From Vicinamibacteria bacterium (GTDB taxonomy: Bacteria > Acidobacteriota > Vicinamibacteria > Vicinamibacterales > JAENWD01): a DNA stretch of 64,000 bases. This document shows positions 18,801 through 27,861 of this stretch, piece after piece. Both the position numbers and the translations under genes were made by a program. The notes below the pieces were generated by a model, which saw only the letters and a program-made list of their open reading frames with translations, had not been told where the DNA came from and did not search any database. Position 1 is the first letter of the stretch; each line of letters opens with the position of its first letter. The stretch is from assembly GCA_963828745.1 (NCBI GenBank), contig CAWHFZ010000006.1, positions 449,549-513,548 on the forward strand, in the 5' to 3' direction.

Positions 18801-20303
18801 GTGTTCAGTAGAGTCCTGATTGCCAATCGTGGCGAAATCGCGGTGCGGATCATCCGTACTTGCCGCGAGATGGGCATCGAGACCGTGGCCGTCTACTCCG
18901 ATGCTGACGAGCGTGCCGCGCATGTCGCCGCAGCCGATCGTGCGGTGCGCGTCGGTCCGCCGCCTCCGGGCAAAAGCTACCTCTCCATCGACGCGGTCAT
19001 CGACGCCGCGCGATCGTCTGGCGCCGAAGCCGTACACCCGGGCTACGGATTCCTTTCCGAGAACAGCGCGTTTGCGGCCGCCTGTGCGGACGCTGGATTG
19101 GCATTCGTCGGCCCGCCGCCGGATGCAATCGACCGCATGGGTTCCAAGGTCCAGGCACGCCGGTTGATGGAGCGCGCCGGCGTTCCGGTCGTTCCGGGCG
19201 AAGCGCCGGTGGACCAGAGCGATGCCGCGCTCGAGGCGGCTGTTTCGCGCGTCGGGTTACCGGCGCTGATCAAACCGTCCGAAGGCGGCGGCGGGATCGG
19301 CATGCAGGTCGTCAGGCGGCAGGAGGAGGCGCTCGCCGCAATCCAATCGTCGCGGCGGGAAGCGCAAAACGCGTTCGGGGACGGCACGCTCTACGTCGAA
19401 CGCCTGATCGAACGGCCCCGGCACATCGAGATCCAGGTGTTCGCAGACGATCACGATCACGTCGTGTCGCTGTTCGAACGCGAGTGCTCGCTGCAGCGGC
19501 GTCACCAGAAGGTTGTCGAGGAGAGTCCGTCGCCGGCGGTCACTGCTGAAGTGCGGAAAGAAATGGGGAATGCGGCAGTCGCGGCCGCGCGCGCTGCGGG
19601 CTACCGCAACGCGGGGACGATCGAATTCCTCCTCGAAGAGACGCCCTCGGGTTCCCGCTTCTACTTCCTCGAGATGAACACGCGGCTGCAGGTCGAGCAT
19701 CCGGTCACGGAACAGGTCGTCGGCCTCGATCTCGTCCGGGCGCAGCTGATGGTGGCCGCGGGCCAGGCGTTGCCGTGGAAGCCGGAGCAGCTTCGGCAGC
19801 GAGGTCACGCCATCGAATGCCGCATCTACGCGGAGGATCCGGCACGCAGTTTCCTGCCGCAGGCGGGTCCGCTGCTGCTCTACCGGGAACCCTCAGGCCC
19901 CGGGATTCGCGTGGACAGCGGCGTCCGCGAAGGCGACGCGATCCCGGTGCACTACGATCCGCTGATCGCGAAGCTGATTGTCTCGGCGGAATCGCGGAGC
20001 GGTGCACTCGCGCGGCTCGGACGCGCGTTGACCGAGTTCCCGATCCTGGGCATCACGACGAATATCCCGTTTCTGGTGCGGCTGATGAAGCATCCGGACG
20101 TGCATGCGGCGCGCATCGACACTGGCTTCGTCGAGCGGGAAATTGGAACCCTGATCGATGGCGAACCGGGTGAGCTGCCGCCTGCCGTCGCCGCGGTGGC
20201 AGCGGCAAGAAGTCTTCGTGGCGATGGCATGGCAGCGAGCCGCTCAGGCACGGGTGCGATCGTCGTCGATCCCTGGACTGCCCTCCGCGGCTGGAGAAAC
20301 TGA
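18801..20303 (+). CDS. Methylcrotonyl-CoA/acyl-CoA carboxylase alpha subunit, biotin carboxylase part
   Basis: ATP-grasp biotin carboxylase text (MFSRVLIANRGEIAVRIIRT...EMNTRLQVEHPVTE). It ends ...GWRN-TGA without a biotinyl domain. Confidence 0.9.
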   Translation: MFSRVLIANRGEIAVRIIRTCREMGIETVAVYSDADERAAHVAAADRAVRVGPPPPGKSYLSIDAVIDAARSSGAEAVHPGYGFLSENSAFAAACADAGLAFVGPPPDAIDRMGSKVQARRLMERAGVPVVPGEAPVDQSDAALEAAVSRVGLPALIKPSEGGGGIGMQVVRRQEEALAAIQSSRREAQNAFGDGTLYVERLIERPRHIEIQVFADDHDHVVSLFERECSLQRRHQKVVEESPSPAVTAEVRKEMGNAAVAAARAAGYRNAGTIEFLLEETPSGSRFYFLEMNTRLQVEHPVTEQVVGLDLVRAQLMVAAGQALPWKPEQLRQRGHAIECRIYAEDPARSFLPQAGPLLLYREPSGPGIRVDSGVREGDAIPVHYDPLIAKLIVSAESRSGALARLGRALTEFPILGITTNIPFLVRLMKHPDVHAARIDTGFVEREIGTLIDGEPGELPPAVAAVAAARSLRGDGMAASRSGTGAIVVDPWTALRGWRN

Positions 20304-20308
20304 GGCGC

Positions 20309-20776
20309 GTGGCCTACATCAGGGTTGAGAGTGATACGGCCAGCCTGAACGTCGAGTTGCTGCCTGATGGCCGCATTCGACACGGCGACGCGGTGTTCAC
20401 GCTGGACGAGCTCCGTCACGGCGAGTGGCGCGTCGCCGCCGATGGCAGGGCGATCCGCGTCTGGGCCGCTGGCACTCGCGAAAACCCATGGGTTTACGCG
20501 GAAGGCGTTGTCTATCGCCTTGCTGCCGGCTCCGGAAGCGCCCGAGGTCCACGTCGTGACGAGTCCGCTTCGTTGTCGGCACCGATGCCGGCGACGGTCC
20601 GGGCCGTGCTCGTGGAAGCCGGTCAGACCGTTGCCCGAGGTGAAACAGTCGTCATTCTCGAAGCGATGAAGATGGAGCTTCCGGTGCGTGCGCCACATGA
20701 CGGCGTCGTGAAAACGATCGCGTGTCAACCGGGCGAGCTCGTGCAACCTGGCACGCCACTCCTGGAGATGCAGTGA
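20309..20776 (+). CDS. Biotin carboxyl carrier (biotinyl/lipoyl) domain protein, probably the detached C-terminus of the alpha subunit
   Basis: GTG start. The biotinylation motif is VVILEAMKMELPV. It lies 5 nt after the previous stop in another frame. Confidence 0.75.
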   Translation: MAYIRVESDTASLNVELLPDGRIRHGDAVFTLDELRHGEWRVAADGRAIRVWAAGTRENPWVYAEGVVYRLAAGSGSARGPRRDESASLSAPMPATVRAVLVEAGQTVARGETVVILEAMKMELPVRAPHDGVVKTIACQPGELVQPGTPLLEMQ

Positions 20777-21690
20777 TCGACCAGCGTCTTCCCCGCCGCG
20801 TCACCGTCGTCGAGGTCGGCCCTCGCGACGGACTGCAGAACGAGTCGTCGATCGTTCCGTCGTCCACCAAGGTCGCATTCATCGAGGCGCTTGCCAAGGC
20901 CGGCCTTCCGGTTGTCGAGATCACCGCGTTCGTCAGTCCGAAGTGGGTGCCGCAAATGTCGGATGCTGCCGACGTAGCGCGCGCCGTGACTCGCCGTGAG
21001 GGGACTCGATACCTTGCACTGGTGCCGAACAGGACCGGACTCGCGCGAGCCATCGACACCGGACTTCGGGAGATAGCGATCTTCGCGGCGGCGTCCGAGA
21101 CGTTCAGTCGCAAGAACATCAACCAGGGCATCGACGACTCACTGACGGCATATGCCGACGTTGCCGCCGAGGCACGTCGCAGCGGTCTGCGCGTCCGCGG
21201 TTATCTTTCGACAGCCTTCGGATGTCCGTACGAAGGCGCCGTTGCCGTCGAGCGAGTCGTGGAGGTCGCGGAACGATTGATCGAGATCGGATGCGAAGAA
21301 GTGGCAGTCAGCGACACGATCGGCGTCGCGAACCCCCGGCAGGTCGCCGAGGTCGTCGGGGCCGTTTCCGCCCGCGTGCCGCTGGAAAAGATCGCGCTGC
21401 ACTTTCACGATACGCGCGGCACCGCGCTTGCGAATGTGTATGCCGCCCTCGAGGCGGGGATTGCCACCTTCGACAGCTCCGCCGGCGGCCTGGGCGGCTG
21501 TCCCTACGCGCCGGGTGCGGCGGGGAATCTGGCGACCGAGGATCTAATCTACTTGCTCGACGGCCTGGGAATCGAAACGGGCGTCACCCTCGACGGTGTC
21601 GTCGAGGCGTCGAAACTGATCGCGGCCCACATCGGCCACCCGCTGGCATCTCGGTACTACCAGGCGGTGCGAGCGACGGCGTCATCGTAA
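20773..21690 (+). CDS. Hydroxymethylglutaryl-CoA lyase
   Basis: The GTG start overlaps the upstream stop (GTGA). Motifs include EVGPRDGLQNE, HFHDTRG and GGLGGCPYAPGAAGN. Confidence 0.9.
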   Translation: MIDQRLPRRVTVVEVGPRDGLQNESSIVPSSTKVAFIEALAKAGLPVVEITAFVSPKWVPQMSDAADVARAVTRREGTRYLALVPNRTGLARAIDTGLREIAIFAAASETFSRKNINQGIDDSLTAYADVAAEARRSGLRVRGYLSTAFGCPYEGAVAVERVVEVAERLIEIGCEEVAVSDTIGVANPRQVAEVVGAVSARVPLEKIALHFHDTRGTALANVYAALEAGIATFDSSAGGLGGCPYAPGAAGNLATEDLIYLLDGLGIETGVTLDGVVEASKLIAAHIGHPLASRYYQAVRATASS

Positions 21691-22938
21691 GAACACCAAC
21701 ACCGCGGCGGCGAGAGCGACAGCGATTGCTGCCAGGCCGATTGCCACGAACGTGCGGAAGGCGCCCCGGCCGAACGCAACGCCGATCAGCAGCTTGACGA
21801 TCGTGTTCGAGATAATCCCGATGGTGAGCGCGAGCGCCGCCAGATTCAGATCGGTCCCACCCGCGGCCTGGCGGCTCATCGAGAGCGTCAACGCGTCGAT
21901 ATCAGTGAGACCCAGCAGCGCGCCGGTAATCACCATGCCCGAATCGCCAAAACGTGACCGTACGAAGTGAACCAGAAACAGCACGGCCTGAAAGAGCGCT
22001 GTCATCTGGATGGCGGATCGAAATTCGAGCGGATTGCCCGGGCCCTGGCGGTCGGCGCCCTCCCCATCCTCCATCCGGAGCCCGAGCAGAAATCCCGCCA
22101 CGCCGACGACGAACGCGGGCAGGAATACCGGCACCAGACGCAGTGCCAATGACTGGCTCAGAACCGCGGACGTGATCTCGACGCGAACGAACAGCAGCGC
22201 ACAGGCCGCGAGCACTCCTGCGGCCAAGGCAGGGCGCGGCGAACCCTGATCCTGGCTGAGACGTGCGAAGGTCAACGTGACGTTCGTGGACGAGACGAGA
22301 CCACCGAGAAGACCGGCCAGCGCGTAGCCCTGGCGGGGTCCGGCCATCCGCCGCGCCACGTAGCCGACGAAGCTCAGACCGGAGAAGAACAGAACCAGCG
22401 CCCACAGCGTGCGTGGCCGGATGCCGCCCCACGGGCCGAACGGGCCCTCCGGCAGAAGCGGCAGGATGACGACCGCCATCACTGCGAACCGCACCCCTGC
22501 TCGCATCTCAGGCTCGTCGATGCGCGAGACCAGCGCATGGAGTCGTGGCTTCTCGACGAGGAGCAGGCTGGTCAGTGCCACGATGCCGCTCGACAGCGCG
22601 ATGTAGCCGAGGCCGGCAAGAACGCCTGCCGCGCTCGTGACTATCGCCGCCGTTTCGGTCGTCCCGTCCACGTCGCGGGTGCTTGCGCGGGCGTAGGCGG
22701 CGATGATCAGGCCCATCAACCCACCGAGCAGCACCATGGCGAGCGGTAAGAATCCAGAAGTACAGAGCCAGCCCGCGATGCCCGACAGCCCACCGATCAG
22801 CGTGAAGGTGCGGACACCGGCGAAGCGTGCGTTGGGGCCGGTAGCGTGCCCCGACCACTGGCGTTCGAGGCCGACAACAGCGCCGCCGAATGTTGCGACG
22901 AGGATGTGGAGGACGTCGCTGGATGCGACGTCGTTCAC
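21682..22938 (-). CDS. MgtC/SapB family membrane protein with DUF4010-type C-terminal extension
   Basis: N-terminal FGGAVVGLERQW MgtC signature followed by about 10 predicted helices. The start overlaps the upstream kinase stop by 4 nt. Confidence 0.85.
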   Translation of the reverse strand: MNDVASSDVLHILVATFGGAVVGLERQWSGHATGPNARFAGVRTFTLIGGLSGIAGWLCTSGFLPLAMVLLGGLMGLIIAAYARASTRDVDGTTETAAIVTSAAGVLAGLGYIALSSGIVALTSLLLVEKPRLHALVSRIDEPEMRAGVRFAVMAVVILPLLPEGPFGPWGGIRPRTLWALVLFFSGLSFVGYVARRMAGPRQGYALAGLLGGLVSSTNVTLTFARLSQDQGSPRPALAAGVLAACALLFVRVEITSAVLSQSLALRLVPVFLPAFVVGVAGFLLGLRMEDGEGADRQGPGNPLEFRSAIQMTALFQAVLFLVHFVRSRFGDSGMVITGALLGLTDIDALTLSMSRQAAGGTDLNLAALALTIGIISNTIVKLLIGVAFGRGAFRTFVAIGLAAIAVALAAAVLVFLR

Positions 22939-24389
22939 CGAATGGCCTCGGCGGGGGCCGGGCGTGACGCGGTTTCAGCCAGTCGAGTGGGCAGGGAGAC
23001 AGTGAACGTGGCGCCAAGACCCTGACCGGGGCTGGCGGCTCCCACCGTGCCGCCGTGCGCTTCCACGAGTTCGTGGACGATCGCCAGGCCGATGCCGAGC
23101 CCGCGCACGCCGCGCACCTCTTCGCCTTCGGCCTGCGAAAACCGTTCGAACACGTGCGGCAGGAACTGCGGATCGATGCCGCGACCGGTGTCCTGCACGA
23201 TGAGATCGACACCGTCCCGGTGCGGCGCGATCGAGATCGTGACTTTTCCGCCCGCGGGCGTGAACTTCACGCCGTTCGACAGCAGGTTCCAAACGATCTG
23301 CCGGAGCCGGTCCGGGTCGCCGGAAACCCAGCGAGCTGATGGATCGATGTTCGTCAGAAGGTGAACTTGTCTGGCCTCGGCCGCGGGACGAACGGCGTCC
23401 AGGGCGGACAGCGCCACTGCGCCAAGATCGAGGGGCTCGACGCGAAGACGGAGCCGGCCGGTCACGATGCTCGAGAGATCGAGGAGGTCTTCGACCAGCC
23501 GCGCCTGCACCTGCGCGTTGCGTTCGATGACGCTGATCGCGTGCGGGACGCGATGCGCGGGCAAGCCGCCGGTTGCCAGGAGCCGCGCCCAGCCGAGCAC
23601 CGCATTGAGCGGCGTGCGCAACTCGTGCGACAGCGCGCCGAGGAACTCGTCCTTCATGCGGTTCGCATCCGAGAGCGTCTGTTCCGCCGACTTCTGCGAG
23701 GTGATGTCCACCGTGATCCCGTCGAAGCGCGTGGGATGGCCGTTCTGATCGTAAAAGCCGCGCCCGAGCGCCTTGAGCCAGCGCACCTGCCCGTCGGGGT
23801 GCAGCACGCGGTAGTCCACGTCGCAGCTCGTATGGCTGAATACCGCCCGTTCATTCTCGGACTGCACGCGTTCACGGTCGTCGGGATACACCCGCTCGAG
23901 GAACAGATCCAGCGTGACCTCGGCGTCGGGCGGCAGACCGTAGTGCGCCTTACACTGCGTGTCCCAATACATCTGCTGGGTCGGCAAGTCGCTATACCAA
24001 TGGCCGATGCCGATGGAGTGCATGACCTCGGCCAGACGCGCGTGCTGCATCTGTAGATCCTGAAGCTGGAGCTGCTGCCGGCGCCGGCGATCGGCAAAGG
24101 CGCTGACCACCGCCCCCACGACGGCGAACACGATGAGGCGAGGGAGCGTGACGGCCGGGGCGGCATCGCGGCCGAGGATCGCCCAGGGCACGGCAACGCT
24201 CCCAACGACGCCGAGGACGGTGGCGGTGAGGCCAATCAGCAGGCCGCCATACCACGCACTGATCAGGACTCCCAGCAGGAGAACGCTGAACAGTACGCGG
24301 TCGTCGGGAAGGACAATCGCACTGACGAGCAGGCTCAGGCTGACAATGCCGAGGGCTAGCGCGGCGCGCAGCCATGGCGAGCGCATCAT
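22935..24389 (-). CDS. Membrane-anchored PAS sensor histidine kinase
   Basis: Four N-terminal hydrophobic helices, a PAS-like segment (VDYRVLHPDGQVRWL), the H-box SHELRTPLNAVLGW, and HATPase G-boxes (DTGRGI, GLGIGLAIV). Confidence 0.9.
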   Translation of the reverse strand: MMRSPWLRAALALGIVSLSLLVSAIVLPDDRVLFSVLLLGVLISAWYGGLLIGLTATVLGVVGSVAVPWAILGRDAAPAVTLPRLIVFAVVGAVVSAFADRRRRQQLQLQDLQMQHARLAEVMHSIGIGHWYSDLPTQQMYWDTQCKAHYGLPPDAEVTLDLFLERVYPDDRERVQSENERAVFSHTSCDVDYRVLHPDGQVRWLKALGRGFYDQNGHPTRFDGITVDITSQKSAEQTLSDANRMKDEFLGALSHELRTPLNAVLGWARLLATGGLPAHRVPHAISVIERNAQVQARLVEDLLDLSSIVTGRLRLRVEPLDLGAVALSALDAVRPAAEARQVHLLTNIDPSARWVSGDPDRLRQIVWNLLSNGVKFTPAGGKVTISIAPHRDGVDLIVQDTGRGIDPQFLPHVFERFSQAEGEEVRGVRGLGIGLAIVHELVEAHGGTVGAASPGQGLGATFTVSLPTRLAETASRPAPAEAIR

Positions 24390-24674
24390 GGATATCGTGG
24401 CCGGTCAGAGGACCGGATGCGACCAACGATAGGGGCGGTACGCCCCCCTGTCAAACCTGCAGAGGTAACGCCTGTGCAACCGGGACGGGAAAGTGCTCCG
24501 GCCCGGCCTCGAGTGACGCCCAGTCGAACGGCACACGTCCGTGTTCCTCCTCGGGGCCGAGGAGAAGCAGCGGCAGCAGCCAGTCAGCGAATGCCATCCG
24601 CGCGGAATATCGGCGCGGTCAAATCGCGGCTATAGGGCAGGCGACCTCGGTGCGTCGAGCCGGCCCCTATCCCC

Positions 24675-25049
24675 CTAGAACAAGATAAATTCCCCGGTTT
24701 CGATCCGGGACTGGAGGGCAGCTGACGCAGCAAGTTGCGCGTAGCGCTCGAATCGATCCGGAGCGCCGGGATGCGACAAGTGCGGTGCCGGGCTATCGAG
24801 ATCCCAGCCGGGTGACTCGAGGTGACACTCCGGGCAATAGAGGTAAACGCGTTCGCGATCGAACCGCATCGACGGCGCGTGGGCGTGCAGCTCGCAGCGC
24901 CACACCGCCAGGCGATACCGAATCTTCGTGAGCAGGCCGGGCTCCACCGAGGAACTCTCGACCAGCACGGGCAATTCTCTCGGCAACGTATCCGTGGGGG
25001 TCATGCGCAGACATGACGGCAACTCCCGCGCCACCGGAAAACAGGGCAA
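24675..25049 (-). CDS. Hypothetical protein (weak). It may start at the internal Met at 25004.
   Basis: ORF only. It contains WRCELHAH...YCPECH. No homolog recognised. Confidence 0.3.
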   Translation of the reverse strand: MPCFPVARELPSCLRMTPTDTLPRELPVLVESSSVEPGLLTKIRYRLAVWRCELHAHAPSMRFDRERVYLYCPECHLESPGWDLDSPAPHLSHPGAPDRFERYAQLAASAALQSRIETGEFILF

Positions 25050-25217
25050 AAACCCTTGGTTTCTGCCCGTTCACGCGCCGATCGTCTGGTGACGGCCAGA
25101 AAATTGTCAGCCGGAGGATTGTGAAAAAAAGAAGCCCCGGCGTGTCTCGCGGCGGAGGAGGTCGCCAGAGACACGACGGGGCAAATTCCAAGACACCCGG
25201 GGCAGCAGAGCCCGCGG

Positions 25218-25337
25218 TTAGAACTTTGGCGTGCGCTTTCCCTGCCTGCTCCGGCGCCGCATGATGTACAGCGTCAGGGCGATGCCGGCCAGAACGAGGA
25301 GCGCGAGTTGCTGCATGTTCATCGTGCTACCTTTCAT
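25218..25337 (-). CDS. Possible 39-aa single-helix membrane peptide (not in the ORF track)
   Basis: Hand translation gives MKGSTMNMQQLALLVLAGIALTLYIMRRRSRQGKRTPKF: one hydrophobic helix plus a basic tail. Confidence 0.3.
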   Translation of the reverse strand: MKGSTMNMQQLALLVLAGIALTLYIMRRRSRQGKRTPKF

Positions 25338-25446
25338 CGGCTCGAGTCGGCTCAGCCTTTAACCGGCCTGCGACCCTGAAACACCAAACCCAGCCCAACT
25401 GCTCGAGCCCGAAGTATACCCTCCAGTGCCAAAGTGTGCAGTCGAA

Positions 25447-26136
25447 TCAACCTGGAATCGCGTGCACGACGGCCGCGACCGCCTCGACTTTCCCGGCCAC
25501 GACTCGCCCATCGTCGGTCTCCGGTTCGCGCACAGCACGGCCGACGTGAATCTCGGTGAAGCCGCGGATGGCGGGAAGCGTGCTCAGCAACTCGAGGGTG
25601 ACACCGCCACCGAGAATGAATTGCAGCTCTGGCGGACCGGCATCGCACCACTCCAGCAGCCGCGCAAACCGCTCGGGCCACTCCCCCGCTCCGCCGTTCG
25701 TGAGCACGCGGTCGACACGCTCCAACCCGTTCAGTTCGCGAAGAGCCGCAATCGGATCGCGCACGGACTCGAAAGCGCGGTGGAACGTCACGCGCTTGCC
25801 GCCGCTCGCCTCCACGACTTGCCGCACGAGCGGCACATCGACGCTGCCGTCGACCACTGCTCCGCAGACGAGACCATCGACCGGGCGATCGGCCAGCGCC
25901 TTCGCGCTGCTCAGGATCCGACGCCGGTCTGCGTCGTGACCGACAACGTGCGAGACGGTATGGCGAACCATCACACGAACGGGAATGCGAACGCGCGACA
26001 GCACCGCGTCAACGAGATCCAACGGCGGCGTCAACCCGCCGGCCGCCAGGTCGCGCACCAGCTCGATCCGATCGGCGCTTCCCGCTTCGGCCTCGACGGC
26101 ATCCTCGAGCGTGGTGGCAATCACTTCGAGGCGCAT
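25447..26136 (-). CDS. cutC: Copper homeostasis protein CutC family
   Basis: 229 aa beginning MRLEVIATTLEDAVEAEAGSADRIELV, with the family-typical TFHRAF motif. Confidence 0.85.
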   Translation of the reverse strand: MRLEVIATTLEDAVEAEAGSADRIELVRDLAAGGLTPPLDLVDAVLSRVRIPVRVMVRHTVSHVVGHDADRRRILSSAKALADRPVDGLVCGAVVDGSVDVPLVRQVVEASGGKRVTFHRAFESVRDPIAALRELNGLERVDRVLTNGGAGEWPERFARLLEWCDAGPPELQFILGGGVTLELLSTLPAIRGFTEIHVGRAVREPETDDGRVVAGKVEAVAAVVHAIPG

Positions 26137-26158
26137 GCGCCTCCGTCCATCGTTCCGC

Positions 26159-27223
26159 TCACACCCTGCGAAGCTTGGTCACGCGGCCGACCTCGACCCA
26201 TTCGACGACGAAGATGTTGCCTTCGTGATCGAAGCAGGCGCTGTGGGGGCAGACGAACTTTCCGACCGGGAAATTCTCGCGCGGGCCGCCGCGGAGCTCC
26301 TTCCACGAATCGATGCCGGCCTCGCCGAGCTGTTCGATCACGCGATTCTGTTTGTCGATCAGCGTGACGCGTGCGAACAGGTCGGGTACGACCATCACGC
26401 CATGACGTTCGCTGAAGTGACAGGGCGCCGGGAAGTCGTTGACGAACCCGAGATGTTCGCCAGCAAGCGAGAACGTCTGCAGCCGCTTGTTGCTGCGATC
26501 GGCGACGAGCAGCATCGGCGTGGCTCCGCGCGTATCGACGGTGAGACCGTGCGGGCAATCGAGTTGTCCCGGGCCATTGCCCTTCCCGCCGAACGTGCGA
26601 AGGTACTTCCCTGCACTGTCGTATTGGTTGATGAAACTGGATCCGTAGCCGTCGGCGACGTAGACGTCGCCGTTTGGTGCGATCGCCACGTTGGTCGGCG
26701 AATACTTGATGCCCGGGGTGCCGTCCGCGTTCACTGGGTACTTCGCCGATTCCTTTGGATAGGCCAGCTGCCAGACCGTCTCGCCGCGCGGCGTCACCTT
26801 CGTGACGAGCGCACGCTTCGTATCGCACAGATAGAGGAACTCGTCACGACCTTCGCGGCGGATGTGCAGGCCGTGCGCGCCACCCTCGAACTCGCTGCCC
26901 CAGCTGCGGACGAACCTGCCGTTGCGATCGAACACGACCATCGTGTCGTGCCGCTCGCTGGTTGCATGCACCGTGTGGTGGACGTAGATATTGCCCTGGC
27001 GGTCCTCGCACACGCCATGCGTGTTCCCATACTTGAGACCCGCCGGCAGTTCACCCCAGTCGTGGATGACCTCATAGGTGAACTCACCAGTACCGACGAT
27101 CGGGCGCTTCGTGCCGGCCTTGTCGGAGCGGGCCAGGATCGTAGGTCCGGTGACGGCAGCGGTCACTCCAGCCGCGACCTGTCCGAGGAACGTGCGGCGT
27201 GACGTGGAAGGCGTCGTACGCAT
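26159..27223 (-). CDS. Tat-exported NHL-repeat / six-bladed beta-propeller protein
   Basis: Twin-arginine signal (SRRTFLGQVAAGVTAAVTG) and repeated motifs such as HGL.VD....L.VADR.N.R. Confidence 0.8.
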   Translation of the reverse strand: MRTTPSTSRRTFLGQVAAGVTAAVTGPTILARSDKAGTKRPIVGTGEFTYEVIHDWGELPAGLKYGNTHGVCEDRQGNIYVHHTVHATSERHDTMVVFDRNGRFVRSWGSEFEGGAHGLHIRREGRDEFLYLCDTKRALVTKVTPRGETVWQLAYPKESAKYPVNADGTPGIKYSPTNVAIAPNGDVYVADGYGSSFINQYDSAGKYLRTFGGKGNGPGQLDCPHGLTVDTRGATPMLLVADRSNKRLQTFSLAGEHLGFVNDFPAPCHFSERHGVMVVPDLFARVTLIDKQNRVIEQLGEAGIDSWKELRGGPRENFPVGKFVCPHSACFDHEGNIFVVEWVEVGRVTKLRRV

Positions 27224-27298
27224 GATATGACTCCAGTCGCGGCGCGGACCGTGCGACGATCATCGGGTCCGACAACCACCGGAGGCGCATTTTACGCC

Positions 27299-27805
27299 AT
27301 GACTCTCGCGCTCGGCCGCTACGATTCGCCGCTCGGTCAACTCGCGGTCGCCACCGTCGGCGACTGCGTCGTGGGCATCGACCTGAGGGGAGATCCCGCG
27401 GCCCTCGAAATACAACTCATCAAGCAAACCGGCGCCTCGGCATCCGGCTCACCAAGCCGCGTCGTCCTCGAGGGCCTGGACCGCTACTTTGCCGGCGACC
27501 TGACGGCGATCGACGCGCTGGCCGTCAACCCGAGCGGAACACCGTTTCAATTGCGTGTCTGGAGCGCGTTGCGCGACGTCCGCGCGGGGTTGACGACCAG
27601 TTACAGCGCGATCGCGACGCGCCTCGGAACGCCCCGGGCCGTGCGCGCGGTCGGCGCGGCGAACGGGGCGAATCCGATCCCGATCGTCATCCCGTGCCAT
27701 CGCGTCATCGGCGCCGATGGCCGGCTCGTGGGCTATGGAGGCGGCCTCGAGAGGAAGCGCTGGTTGCTGGCCCACGAAGGCGTGCGGTCGGGGATGTTGC
27801 TGTAG
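27299..27805 (+). CDS. ogt: Methylated-DNA--protein-cysteine methyltransferase
   Basis: Active-site motif IPCHRVIG. The internal Met at 27299 is preferred because the ATG at 27227 is only 3 nt from the divergent gene's start. Confidence 0.85.
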   Translation: MTLALGRYDSPLGQLAVATVGDCVVGIDLRGDPAALEIQLIKQTGASASGSPSRVVLEGLDRYFAGDLTAIDALAVNPSGTPFQLRVWSALRDVRAGLTTSYSAIATRLGTPRAVRAVGAANGANPIPIVIPCHRVIGADGRLVGYGGGLERKRWLLAHEGVRSGMLL

Positions 27806-27861
27806 TCCGTGGCCCGGTCGCCCTACCAACGTCGGGCCCTACTGCGTTAATCCGTCCTGTG

